NCBI GenBank assembly: GCA_041736175.1
Contig: JBGSUI010000243.1
Coordinates: 1 to 34,337 of the forward strand
Direction: 5' to 3'
DNA: 34,337 bases
Origin: Oligoflexales bacterium
GTDB lineage: Bacteria > Bdellovibrionota_B > Oligoflexia > Oligoflexales > CAIYRB01
The position numbers and the translations under genes are program-made. How positions within the stretch are numbered: position 1 is the first letter of the stretch; each line of letters starts with the position of its first letter. The notes beneath the pieces were generated by a model that saw only the letters and a program-made list of their open reading frames with translations, was not told the origin of the DNA and did not search any database. Below are positions 9,126-18,806 of this stretch, in pieces.

Positions 9126-9134
9126 GAAACATCC

Positions 9135-9992
9135 CTATATAAAAACTTTATTTTTAGCTGTGTTATCAATGCGATTCAGCCAGCTGGTGATGGTGTTAAG
9201 TACAAAACCTAAATGGGGACAATCGCCATATAAGACCCTTTGGTCTCCAGGAATATCGACCAAAGTTAGGTTGTATTCTGGGTGTATAGCCGCTGCCTTT
9301 TTTAAAGCATGGTAACTACAAATCGTATCCTGCTCTGGGCAGAGAAAAAGCACATCACCATGGTATTCCGTGAGGTTTGCCGTTGCACGATCAATGGCCA
9401 AATAAATTTCGTTGACATATCCAGCCGTGAGCCGGTGAGATTCATGCTCTAAGGTGCGCCAATGGGAATAGTTAAAAGGCCCTCGAATTTTCGGCCAAAG
9501 TTCGGCGACAATCCTTAACAGCATTCTCGAAAAGCCGTGGAGAGGTAATTTTAATTCTATACAAGGGGCTACTAACACCAAACCAGAGCACAATGCACCA
9601 AATCGCTTTGCAAAATCCATGGCAATCAGAGCGCCGACACCAATTGCTACAATCGTTGGAGATCGGCCTCGGTCAATGTGTTTGACCCACGATGCTACCT
9701 GCAAGAGGTCTTTGACATGAGTCTCAAATCGGTCGATATGCCCTAAAAGGGTTCCTGAGCGGCCATGTCCCCTCAAGTCGTAAGCGTAGCAAGGAAGATT
9801 GCGGTCTGCAAAAGCTTGGCATATATGAAAAAGATGGTCACTTTGTTGGTCAATATCGTGAACAAACAGCAAAGCCTGATGGTTGCTATGGGGTACTTGC
9901 CATCCATTGAGATGCACGAAGGCGCCCGAATGATCTACCGGCAACAGCGTTGTCATCGAAGGATGAAACTCCTCAACGTTATCATTCATCAA
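9135..9992 (-). CDS. Lysophospholipase-like alpha/beta hydrolase (Hydrolase_4), catalytically degenerate
   Basis: YDLRGHGRSG motif retained. The elbow reads AIGVGA instead of GHSMGG, and the His loop reads PGDQRV. AGGAG RBS; 9 nt from the next gene. Confidence 0.8.
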   Translation of the reverse strand: MMNDNVEEFHPSMTTLLPVDHSGAFVHLNGWQVPHSNHQALLFVHDIDQQSDHLFHICQAFADRNLPCYAYDLRGHGRSGTLLGHIDRFETHVKDLLQVASWVKHIDRGRSPTIVAIGVGALIAMDFAKRFGALCSGLVLVAPCIELKLPLHGFSRMLLRIVAELWPKIRGPFNYSHWRTLEHESHRLTAGYVNEIYLAIDRATANLTEYHGDVLFLCPEQDTICSYHALKKAAAIHPEYNLTLVDIPGDQRVLYGDCPHLGFVLNTITSWLNRIDNTAKNKVFI

Positions 9993-10140
9993 ACTTTTCT
10001 CCTGGATACCTCACTCAGTGGAGGAGGCTTCTTAGGGCAATTTCCTAAGGATTTCAGCATAATGATTATAACTTAGAAGCCCCCTGTTGTTCCAGTGATC
10101 TGTCTCCAGCGGTTTCACTTTCTTTAGCGAGCTCCCATTT

Positions 10141-10170
10141 TTGACACTTTTTTGCAAAAATTTATGTCAA
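10141..10170. promoter_or_regulatory. Imperfect 30-bp palindrome in the divergent intergenic region
   Basis: TTGACA-cTTTTTTGCAAAAAttta-TGTCAA. Confidence 0.4.
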
Positions 10171-10208
10171 TCGACCAAAAGTCAAAAAATGAATCTCTCC
10201 AAAAAACC

Positions 10209-10217
10209 TGATAGAAT
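10209..10217 (+). promoter_or_regulatory. Extended -10 promoter for the GST gene
   Basis: TG-A-TAGAAT, 54 nt upstream of ATG 10271. Confidence 0.4.
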
Positions 10218-10270
10218 GTTCCCGATCTCTTACGGAAGTTTTAACTCACAAAAACACCCAGGAGTTGCTT

Positions 10271-10885
10271 ATGCTTAAGCTCTATGATTCCACCAAAAAC
10301 CCTAACTCACGCAAAATTCACGCCCTAGCAAACGAAATAGGAGTCACCCTTAATGTGGTTCCTGTCGATCTCATGGCCGGTGAAGGCCAGCGACCCGAAT
10401 ACTTGAAAATAAACCCCAATGGAAAAATCCCAGCGCTCGTGGATGGACAGCATTGTGTATGGGAATCAAATGCCATCTTAGCCTACCTTTCTAGCCAGTA
10501 TGGAAATCACATCTTTATCCCCCTTGACGCAAAAACACGCTCACACATGGATCAATGGCTATTCTGGCAATCTTCCCACCTACAACCTGCCATAGGCAAA
10601 ATTGCCATGGAGAGGATTTATAAAAAGCGCTACCATTTAGGCGAATTCGATGAAATCAGTCTAAACCTCGGACTCCAAGAACTTGACCGTTTTGCCGGGG
10701 TCCTCAATGGCACTCTCGCGGACCGGCCCTATGTGATTGGCTCCACCCTGACCCTCGCTGATTTTGCCATCGCGGGGAGTTTTGCAAGCAGACAAGAGGC
10801 AAATATCTCACTAGAAAAGTGGGAATACCTTGGGCGTTGGCTGACCTCTATTGAAAATCGCCCCGCTTGGCGAAAAACCCTCTAA
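10271..10885 (+). CDS. Glutathione S-transferase
   Basis: INPNGKIPAL and WESNAILAYL motifs, C-terminal LTLADF; AGGAG RBS before ATG 10271. Confidence 0.95.
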   Translation: MLKLYDSTKNPNSRKIHALANEIGVTLNVVPVDLMAGEGQRPEYLKINPNGKIPALVDGQHCVWESNAILAYLSSQYGNHIFIPLDAKTRSHMDQWLFWQSSHLQPAIGKIAMERIYKKRYHLGEFDEISLNLGLQELDRFAGVLNGTLADRPYVIGSTLTLADFAIAGSFASRQEANISLEKWEYLGRWLTSIENRPAWRKTL

Positions 10886-10886
10886 T

Positions 10887-11600
10887 TTATGACAGGGCAG
10901 TATAAACCTTTATGGGAGAGCCCTTAGCCAATAGCACAGAGCTAGGGGCCTTTCCGTTTAAAAACCGCCAAGGTTCCCCATAAACATGGGCAAAATCTAA
11001 ATCTAAATTCCATTTTGAAACTGGAAAAATACTCCAAACAGGATGCTCTACTCGATAAACCATTTTTTTGAGGTTTTTAGATTTACCAAAGCCCCATTCG
11101 TGTTCTTTAAAAAAATGCTCCACACTTTCTGAATGAGGATAAACTTCGGGCATAGTACCCACGGCACTGATTGAATAGGGAGCACCTTTCCAATTCAGGA
11201 GAAAAGACTGCTCAATCTGAAAATCCGTCTGACGAGTCAACGACGTCACCGGAGCAGCCACATAAGGTTCATTATAGAGGACCCTGGCGATCCAGGCGAT
11301 TAGTGTTTGGGGGACGATCTCGCGGATAAAACAGACCCCACGAGAGTCTTGATCCCTCACATAAAACCTCAAATTAATCTCCGGAAAATTTCGATAACCC
11401 GGCCAGGAGACGTTTAAAACCTTGGTTTCTAAAAAATCAAAGGCCACAAGACTCACATAGGCGGATCCTTCCCACCTGTCTAAACCCACACCTGGCAGCA
11501 GGAGCGGGATCAGGAGTTTATCGGGAACAGGGAAATTCATCAAAATAAGATGGGACCACCGAGCTTTTAAAAAAACTCTTTCTTTTGTCGGATTTTGCAT
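10887..11600 (-). CDS. YqjF/DUF2071 family protein
   Basis: FLKARW.HL, YVSLVAFDF, FPEINLRFYV, YNEPY, FFKEHEWG and YRVEHPVW motifs. Confidence 0.9.
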   Translation of the reverse strand: MQNPTKERVFLKARWSHLILMNFPVPDKLLIPLLLPGVGLDRWEGSAYVSLVAFDFLETKVLNVSWPGYRNFPEINLRFYVRDQDSRGVCFIREIVPQTLIAWIARVLYNEPYVAAPVTSLTRQTDFQIEQSFLLNWKGAPYSISAVGTMPEVYPHSESVEHFFKEHEWGFGKSKNLKKMVYRVEHPVWSIFPVSKWNLDLDFAHVYGEPWRFLNGKAPSSVLLAKGSPIKVYTALS

Positions 11601-11705
11601 TACACACTCCCAGCTCAGGTTTTCTCTTGATTCTCTATGGGTTTTTTACTATAAACTCTCAAGGAAAGTCCTAAAAAATGATGTCCCTATAGAGAGGTTT
11701 CTTTT

Positions 11706-12218
11706 ATGAAGAAGAAGATGATCGCGTTCAGTTTGTCTACAGTTATGTTAGCATCACAATCGCTTTTTGCTGCTAGTTCTAGCCCACAAATTTCCCCAGT
11801 CAATTCAGTCGATGAAGTCCAAGTCAGAGAGCTAAATCAATGGGTGTCTGATCTTCCGACTCAACTTTCAGACGAAGAAAACCAGGCGTTGGACCAACTA
11901 GAGTCGGCCCTCGCTCAACTGGTATCTTCGGGTTTTTTGGCAGACGACTCTGAGGGCCAACAACTCATCTCGATGATCGAAGATCTTATCACTGCCATCC
12001 GCGCGCGAAATGGTGGCGAAATCCTAGAAAAAGGCAACGAGATTCTGATCTTTATTCGAAAGATCACTTCAGATGGTGAGATTGATCTCAGAAAAGGATT
12101 CGAGAGCGTTCGCCGTTTAGTGGAAGCAGTCCAAACGAAAAATCCAAAAGAGGCCGCTGCTGCAATCACTGATATTGCTCTCCTCATTGCTAGACTCGCA
12201 AAGGTTCTAAACCCATAA
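11706..12218 (+). CDS. Secreted all-helical hypothetical protein
   Basis: Sec signal MKKKMIAFSLSTVMLASQSLFA; GAGG RBS; amphipathic helices. Confidence 0.75.
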   Translation: MKKKMIAFSLSTVMLASQSLFAASSSPQISPVNSVDEVQVRELNQWVSDLPTQLSDEENQALDQLESALAQLVSSGFLADDSEGQQLISMIEDLITAIRARNGGEILEKGNEILIFIRKITSDGEIDLRKGFESVRRLVEAVQTKNPKEAAAAITDIALLIARLAKVLNP

Positions 12219-12243
12219 CCACCATTGACCTTAAATAGTTTAC

Positions 12244-12287
12244 CCCCCTCTTTGGGCAATAGCTGCCGAAAAAGGGGGATTTTTTTG
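12244..12287 (+). terminator. Rho-independent terminator
   Basis: Imperfect stem CCCCCTCTTTGGGCA / TGCCGAAAAAGGGGG followed by a T-tract. Confidence 0.7.
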
Positions 12288-12375
12288 TTTTAGTCCTAGA
12301 TTTTTTAACGAGGAGCTGTTAAGGACATTCTTGCGATGCGGTAGATTTTAGAGTAACCTAGCGAGGTAAGACTGT

Positions 12376-13251
12376 TTGAAAAACCCTGAACTTACGCCTT
12401 TCGAGCGCTTTGTTATAGAAAACAAAGGAACAGAACCCCCTTTTACGGGCCTGCTTACGACAAAAAAAGCGCAGGGCCTCTACCTTTGCAAGAGATGCGA
12501 CCAACCTCTCTATACCAGCGAACACAAATTCCTCTCCCATTGTGGATGGCCTAGTTTTGACGATGAGATCCCAGGAGCCGTCACAAGGCAGCCAGATCCC
12601 GATGGTCGGCGCATCGAGATTGTTTGCAGCAAATGCGACGCCCACCTAGGGCACGTTTTTCAAGGTGAGCTTTTAACCCCCAAAAACTTGCGCCATTGTG
12701 TCAACAGTGTTTCTCTTAACTTTGTCCCCAAAGAAAACCCTCAGAAAAAAACGGTGATTTTAGCCTCGGGTTGCTTTTGGGGCACCCAACATTTTTTAAG
12801 CCGGATCACCGGAGTGATTCAAACCCAAGTGGGGTATACGGGTGGACATGTGGACCAGCCCACCTACCAACAAGTATGCTCCGGGACCACAGGGCATGTA
12901 GAAGCAGTTCTCGTTGAGTATGATCCAAGCTTGGTAAGTCTCGATGAAATCCTCAAGGTGTACTTTGAGACCCATGATTTTTCGCAAAAAGATGGTCAAG
13001 GACCTGATATTGGACCCCAGTATCTATCGGTAGCATTTTATGGGACCACTGAAGAAAAATCGGCAATAGAAAGCCTTATCTCAGAGTTAAGAGGTCTTGG
13101 ACATCAGGTGGTCACCTTGGTGCAACCCCGATCCTTTTTTTGGGTTGGAGAAGACTATCACCAAAATTACTACGAACGCAAAGGTGAGACGCCCTACTGT
13201 CATATTTACCGACCTTTGTTCCCTCGCGCTCATCCCGGAATAGAACCTTGA
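12376..13251 (+). CDS. msrAB: Bifunctional methionine sulfoxide reductase (MsrB-MsrA fusion)
   Basis: MsrB: GTEPPF, CKRC/CSKC zinc motifs, CGWPSF, HLGHVF, RHCVNS. MsrA: GCFWG, GHVEAV, YHQNY, PYCH. TTG start after GAGG. Confidence 0.96.
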   Translation: MKNPELTPFERFVIENKGTEPPFTGLLTTKKAQGLYLCKRCDQPLYTSEHKFLSHCGWPSFDDEIPGAVTRQPDPDGRRIEIVCSKCDAHLGHVFQGELLTPKNLRHCVNSVSLNFVPKENPQKKTVILASGCFWGTQHFLSRITGVIQTQVGYTGGHVDQPTYQQVCSGTTGHVEAVLVEYDPSLVSLDEILKVYFETHDFSQKDGQGPDIGPQYLSVAFYGTTEEKSAIESLISELRGLGHQVVTLVQPRSFFWVGEDYHQNYYERKGETPYCHIYRPLFPRAHPGIEP

Positions 13252-13274
13252 CCCTAAGCTCGAAACAGGGACCT

Positions 13275-13299
13275 AAAAAGCCAGTTTAGCTGGCTTTTT
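13275..13299. terminator. Bidirectional intrinsic terminator
   Basis: AAAAAGCCAG-TTTAG-CTGGCTTTTT perfect stem with A/T tails. Confidence 0.85.
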
Positions 13300-13346
13300 C
13301 TATTTTATTTTAGTCTCGACCATGCATTAGAAACTATCCTCCCCTT

Positions 13347-13374
13347 TCAAGGGCAGCGTGATGGTGACCGATAC
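13347..13374 (+). promoter_or_regulatory. Putative sigma28 (FliA)-type promoter of the che operon
   Basis: TCAAG-N15-ACCGATAC versus consensus T(A/C)AAG-N14-GCCGATAA (spacer 1 nt longer), 52 nt upstream of cheA1. Confidence 0.45.
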
Positions 13375-13426
13375 CTTTCCAGAGTCTGGGACCTCGGACA
13401 CCAAACACTTTAACCTTGATTAGGCC

Positions 13427-15964
13427 ATGACAGAATTTAAACCCAAAATACTCTGTATAGACGACGAAAAGGATATCCTAGACTTTTATGCAGATATTAT
13501 TGCCCAAAACGGCTTTGAATCGATCCTAGCAGCCAATCCCTTAGAAGCTATTGAAATCTATCGTAAACACCATTTTGAGATTGCCTTAACGGTTTGCGAC
13601 TACATGATGGAGGGTATGAATGGATTTGAAGTCAGAAAAGAACTGATTAAGATCAACTCTGTCGTCCCCTTTGTGATGATTTCTGCCTACATCACCCGGG
13701 AAATGGCACTCTCGGGTTTAGAACTCAAGATATCTAGTTTCCATGACAAGCCGTTTACCCAGATCGAGTTCTCCAAGATCATCCAAAGAGAGGCATTGCC
13801 TCGAGCCGAAGCCCTTAAGGAAAGTCGTCTGCTCGAAGCGGTCTTTTTAGAAGAGGCCCATAGCATTATCGGTGATATCGAGCCGCTCCTCCTCTCTCTG
13901 GAGTCGGATCGTACCAACGCTGAAACCTTAAACCTTCTCTTTCGCGCAGCCCATACGCTAAAGGGCTCCAGCGGTGTTTTAGAAACCGATATCATCGGAA
14001 AATTTGTCCATCGGTATGAAGACATCATTTCTGCGATCAGGAAAGATCCAACTACTTTTTCGGATGGAATATTCGAGGCCCTCCTCGCTGGCTACGATCA
14101 GATTAAAACCCTTATTTCCCTTGTACCTAATCGCAAGATTTATGACTTGGACTTAGCTGAACTTGTAAAAGTCCTCGACGTCAAACCAACTGCCTCAAAA
14201 GCTCGATCCTCTGCAGATCACGATCAGGGCCCGTCACCCCAACCAGCACAACAAGTCCAAAAAGTTAAGGATTTTATCCCGGTACCCACTGGTCTGTTAG
14301 ACGATCTAGGATCCCTCTCTGGAGAGATCACCGTTATCCGCAATATGGTCAACAAGCTGGTCCGCTCCCTGGAAATCAAATTTTCGGGCGAAAAAGACAT
14401 TCAAAGCCTCGGTGAGCTGTTTAATGAAATGCACAAGATTAACAGCGTGATCCAAACCAGGATCACCGATCTGCGCAAGATCCCTGTCGCCGGAATCCTA
14501 AAACCTATCTCCCGGATTCTCCGCGATATTAGTAAAGAGACCCAGAAAAAGTATCGGTTTAGCGTCGAAGGCGAAACTCTACGGATCGATAATTCACTAG
14601 CCCAGGCCTGTAGCAATAGCCTTATCCACTTGATTCGTAACAGCGCAGATCATGGGATCGAATCCCCCGAAGCTCGCATCAAATCTGGAAAAGCCGAAGA
14701 GGGGCAGATCTTAATCAGTTGTAAAGAAGAGCGAGACCAAATCGTTATCACCGTTAGCGACGATGGCAAAGGATTAGACCTCGCCCGCATTAAGGCAAAG
14801 GCCCTCGAAAAAAAGCTTTGTTCTGAGAGCCAGCTCAAAGAAATGAGTGACTACGAAATTATGGAGTTAATCTTTCTCCCTGGGTTTAGCACCGCTGCAA
14901 ATGTCACTGATATCAGCGGACGTGGGGTAGGAATGGATATGGTACGAGCCTCAGTCACCGCAGTGGGTGGCCAAATAAAAATAAAATCGACCTTAGGACA
15001 AGGATCTTCTTTTTCCCTCCATTTGCCGATTCCTCGTTCTATCCTAATCATCAACAGCCTGCTAGTGAGCACTTCCAATCGCCAGTTTGCGATTCCCCAA
15101 GACGATATACTCAGAGTCTTAAGAATTGATCCTGAAGATTTTGACCAATACCTGCTTCATGCTGGCGGAGGCAAGGTCCTATGCTGGCAAAACCAACTCT
15201 ATCCCTTTATTCATCTCAACCAGGTCTTAAAAATCCCCGAAAGTAGCGTCCAGAAAACGTCGCCAACGATCGATATCTTAATCCTCAAAAGCGAGCAATT
15301 TTGCTATGCTCTTCAGGTGGAAAATATATTAGATATTGAGGAAATTGTTGTTAAAAGAATTCAAGATTGTTTCAACTATAAATCTATATTTTCAGGTGCC
15401 ACGTTTCTGGGAGACGGACAGGTAGGGCTGATCCTCGACGGAAAAAATGTCGGGAAAATCGCTGATATCTTGCATACCCACAAGTATATAAAATCGAAAA
15501 ATCGCGACAATGAGCACCTAAAGCCACTTGAGTCTGACCAACATTCGGACTACGTCCTATTTAAACTCAACTCTACAGCCATCTTTGGTGCACCTCTCGA
15601 GGATGTTTATAGGCTGGAATTTTTCGACACTAGTTCGATTCAACATAGCGCTGGAAAAAAGTTGATCGTATATAGAGATACCCTTATGCCGCTCGTCAAT
15701 TGTGAAGACTTACTCAATATGAAAAGCAATCATACACTCAGCACGGCTCAATCAAAAACACTATCGGCCTTGGTGATACAGAAAAACAAGCACTTTATTG
15801 CACTACAAGTGGATGAACTCATCGATATTGCACGCACGGAGTTCAAGTTGGATAGGCGAATCAGAGATCGTCCAGAGATTCTTGGAAATGTTCAAATCGA
15901 CACAAAAACAGTCACGATTATCGACCTTGAAAATATCAAAAACCGTCACTTTGAGAATCTATAA
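13427..15964 (+). CDS. cheA: Chemotaxis histidine kinase CheA with N-terminal receiver (REC-HPt-dimer-HATPase-CheW-CheW)
   Basis: REC: CIDDE, CDYMM, DKPF. HPt: FRAAHTLKG. Kinase: IRNSADHG, DDGKG, FLPGFST, GRGVGMD. Two CheW-like domains. Confidence 0.93.
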   Translation: MTEFKPKILCIDDEKDILDFYADIIAQNGFESILAANPLEAIEIYRKHHFEIALTVCDYMMEGMNGFEVRKELIKINSVVPFVMISAYITREMALSGLELKISSFHDKPFTQIEFSKIIQREALPRAEALKESRLLEAVFLEEAHSIIGDIEPLLLSLESDRTNAETLNLLFRAAHTLKGSSGVLETDIIGKFVHRYEDIISAIRKDPTTFSDGIFEALLAGYDQIKTLISLVPNRKIYDLDLAELVKVLDVKPTASKARSSADHDQGPSPQPAQQVQKVKDFIPVPTGLLDDLGSLSGEITVIRNMVNKLVRSLEIKFSGEKDIQSLGELFNEMHKINSVIQTRITDLRKIPVAGILKPISRILRDISKETQKKYRFSVEGETLRIDNSLAQACSNSLIHLIRNSADHGIESPEARIKSGKAEEGQILISCKEERDQIVITVSDDGKGLDLARIKAKALEKKLCSESQLKEMSDYEIMELIFLPGFSTAANVTDISGRGVGMDMVRASVTAVGGQIKIKSTLGQGSSFSLHLPIPRSILIINSLLVSTSNRQFAIPQDDILRVLRIDPEDFDQYLLHAGGGKVLCWQNQLYPFIHLNQVLKIPESSVQKTSPTIDILILKSEQFCYALQVENILDIEEIVVKRIQDCFNYKSIFSGATFLGDGQVGLILDGKNVGKIADILHTHKYIKSKNRDNEHLKPLESDQHSDYVLFKLNSTAIFGAPLEDVYRLEFFDTSSIQHSAGKKLIVYRDTLMPLVNCEDLLNMKSNHTLSTAQSKTLSALVIQKNKHFIALQVDELIDIARTEFKLDRRIRDRPEILGNVQIDTKTVTIIDLENIKNRHFENL

Positions 15965-15983
15965 TGAAAAGGAGGTCCAACTC

Positions 15984-18806
15984 TTGTCTTTGAAAGTACC
16001 AGAATCAGCTCTTGGGGAATACCTCGCTGAATGCCAAGAAATTCTTGAACGACTCACCGTAAGTCTACAACGACTCGAAAAAAGTGCGAATCAGAAGGAT
16101 TCTATAGCATCGATTTACCGCGATATCCATTCCATTAAGGGTTCCAGCCAACTCTTTGGGTTTACAAAAGTTAGCCAGATTGCCCATACCATAGAAAGCT
16201 GCCTTGATCCGATTCGTAAAGGCTCGATTCCAATCACCTCTGCGTTTATCGATGTTCTCTTCAAAGGCCTGGATATCATCGCCTTAAACCTTAAATCAAT
16301 CCAGTCAACTAAAAAAGAATCGACAAATGACGCCGGACTAAGCCTCACCATTTCAGAGCTGATTGAATCCATCGAATTAGCCTTAGGGAGTCCAGGACTG
16401 GTTTGGAAAGATATCGATCTCCCCCCTGAATATATCAAGGTGAATACTCCCCCACGAGCGATTCATGCTACCCCAATCGAAACGCCTCCGGAAAAAGCCG
16501 CCTTTGGGATTTTTGAAGACGATCCAGTCACCCCTAGTCACAAAGCTCCCGAGACCATCGCACCGACCACCCCACCACCAAAGATCGATACCGAAAATCT
16601 GCTGGCCGATAAATACCCTACCAAAAGTCCACAAGAGGACGCACAAAATGAGACGATTCGAGTCAATGTCTCCATGCTTGACAATTTGATGAACCTGGTT
16701 GGCGAACTGGTCCTTATAAGAAACCAAGTCGTCCAATATTCTAAAACCAAGGACGAAGATCAAGAATTTGGAAAGATGAGTCAAAGGCTCAATGTTTTAA
16801 CTGCGGATCTCCAAAACGAAGTTATGAAAACTCGGATGCAGCCTATTGGAAATGTTCTTTCAAAGTTTTCGCGAGTGGTGAGAGACCTCGGTCGGGAGCT
16901 TTCAAAAAAAATCGATCTTGAACTCCAAGGCACTGAAACAGAACTGGATAAAACCATTTTAGAGGCTATTAAAGATCCACTCACCCATATCGTCCGTAAC
17001 GCGATCGACCATGGAATCGAAAGTCCCGCCGATAGAAAAAAAGCTCAAAAAAATGAGCAGGGCAAGATCCTTATTAAAGCCCACCATGAAAGCGGCCAAG
17101 TCATTATCGAGGTCTCTGATGATGGCGGTGGAATCGACCGTAAAAGAGTGGTAGCTCATGCCTTAAAAAATGGCGTTATTTCCCCGGAATCAGCGGCTAA
17201 ATTAAATGACTGGGAGATCCTAAACCTGATTTTTACTCCCGGATTTTCTACCGCCAAAACCGTCTCAAATCTCTCTGGACGGGGAGTGGGGATGGATGTG
17301 GTAAAGACCAACGTAGAACGAATTGGAGGTATTGTTGAAATCCAAAGCCAGTTAGGCAAAGGAACAACCATTCGCCTTAAGATCCCACTTACTCTTGCCA
17401 TCGTGCCAGCCCTCTTGGTGAAATCTGGTCTGAATCGATTTGCAATACCACAAGCGAGGTTAGTAGAACTCATTAGAATCGACCCGACTGAAAAGATCCA
17501 TAACGGGATCGAAGAAATTCAAGGCAAAATGGTGTTACGTCTTCGTAATAAGATTCTACCTCTCATAGCGCTTTCCGAAGTCATCCAAGCCCGCACGAAG
17601 GACCGCATCCATGACGACCATGAAACCCTAAATATTATTGTTTTGAACTCTGATAAATTTATCTTTGGACTGATAGTGAGCGAAATTGAGGACTCTACGG
17701 ATATTGTAGTAAAGCCACTTTCCCATTTTTTAAAGGACATAGCGATCTTCTCTGGAGCTTCTATCATGGGTGATGGTTCAGTGGCCTTGACCCTCGATAT
17801 TACAGGAATTGCCCATTCACTCATGACAGCAGAAGATAAACAAATCATGTCCCCATTGGACCTCCACAGAAGTGAGGACAAAACTGGACACCATTCCGAA
17901 GAATGTGAGTTTCTCATGGTGGACGTGTGCAGCCCAGGTTTCTATGCCATTCCTTTGACGGTCGTAAGCCGGTTAGAAGAAATACCCCACCATCTTGTGG
18001 AATACTCTGGAAATCAAAGAATTGTCCGTTACCGAGGTCAGATTTTGCCCATGATTAACTTGCCTGAATCTTTGAATTTAGAAACCAGCTCCTTCAGAGC
18101 AGAACTCGACTCTGACCAACCGATTAAACTGATCGTCATCAAACGTGGTGATAACCTCTATGGAATTGCAGTGAGAGAAATCGTCGATATCGTGACTTAC
18201 GAAGCCAAAATCGATCTCGCCATGCGAGATCGACCGGGAATTTTAGGAACGCTCCTAACCAAGGATCGAGTGATCGTGATTATCGACGTCCTACAAGTCA
18301 TTGACCAGTTTCGCACCCAAATGGCTCCCACTATAGATCCTAATGAAAATCCAAAGCTGATGGGTCAAGACGATAGGAGAGGAGAGTTAAAGGCTAAAAG
18401 ACGCAAGATTCTTGTGGTAGACGATAGTAGCTTTTTTCGGAGCCAACTTTCTCAAATTTTGCAAGGTGCAGGTTATACCACAGAAATAGCATGTGATGGC
18501 GCGGATGGAATATCCATGATCGAAAAACATAGCTTACAGCCTTTTGATTTGATCCTATCGGACATAGAAATGCCCGTTATGAACGGCCTCGAAATGATCA
18601 AAGCGATTCGCAAAAACGAGGCCACTCTCAAGCTGCCAGTGTTAGCGATTTCTACCAAATATGGCTCAAACGCCATCGAAGAAGGCCTGGCGTCAGGCTT
18701 TAATGGGTACTTAGAAAAGCTAAATCCTGAACGTCTCCTTCAAGAAATCAATCATATATTTGCCCATCACCAAGAAAGTGAGATTTCCCATGCAGCAAAC
18801 CAATAG
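15984..18806 (+). CDS. cheA: Chemotaxis histidine kinase CheA with C-terminal receiver (HPt-linker-dimer-HATPase-CheW-CheW-REC)
   Basis: AAGGAGG RBS before TTG 15984. YRDIHSIKG, VRNAIDHG, DDGGG, FTPGFST, GRGVGMD. Two CheW domains. REC: VVDDS, SDIEMP. Confidence 0.95.
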   Translation: MSLKVPESALGEYLAECQEILERLTVSLQRLEKSANQKDSIASIYRDIHSIKGSSQLFGFTKVSQIAHTIESCLDPIRKGSIPITSAFIDVLFKGLDIIALNLKSIQSTKKESTNDAGLSLTISELIESIELALGSPGLVWKDIDLPPEYIKVNTPPRAIHATPIETPPEKAAFGIFEDDPVTPSHKAPETIAPTTPPPKIDTENLLADKYPTKSPQEDAQNETIRVNVSMLDNLMNLVGELVLIRNQVVQYSKTKDEDQEFGKMSQRLNVLTADLQNEVMKTRMQPIGNVLSKFSRVVRDLGRELSKKIDLELQGTETELDKTILEAIKDPLTHIVRNAIDHGIESPADRKKAQKNEQGKILIKAHHESGQVIIEVSDDGGGIDRKRVVAHALKNGVISPESAAKLNDWEILNLIFTPGFSTAKTVSNLSGRGVGMDVVKTNVERIGGIVEIQSQLGKGTTIRLKIPLTLAIVPALLVKSGLNRFAIPQARLVELIRIDPTEKIHNGIEEIQGKMVLRLRNKILPLIALSEVIQARTKDRIHDDHETLNIIVLNSDKFIFGLIVSEIEDSTDIVVKPLSHFLKDIAIFSGASIMGDGSVALTLDITGIAHSLMTAEDKQIMSPLDLHRSEDKTGHHSEECEFLMVDVCSPGFYAIPLTVVSRLEEIPHHLVEYSGNQRIVRYRGQILPMINLPESLNLETSSFRAELDSDQPIKLIVIKRGDNLYGIAVREIVDIVTYEAKIDLAMRDRPGILGTLLTKDRVIVIIDVLQVIDQFRTQMAPTIDPNENPKLMGQDDRRGELKAKRRKILVVDDSSFFRSQLSQILQGAGYTTEIACDGADGISMIEKHSLQPFDLILSDIEMPVMNGLEMIKAIRKNEATLKLPVLAISTKYGSNAIEEGLASGFNGYLEKLNPERLLQEINHIFAHHQESEISHAANQ

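Noticed and set aside
12376..13251. MsrB-before-MsrA fusion order as a novelty
   Set aside because: B-A fusions are already known in several phyla.
15798..15983. 62-aa N-terminal extension of CheA2 in the ORF track
   Set aside because: It overlaps cheA1 by 167 nt. A strong AAGGAGG RBS precedes TTG 15984, where HPt similarity begins.
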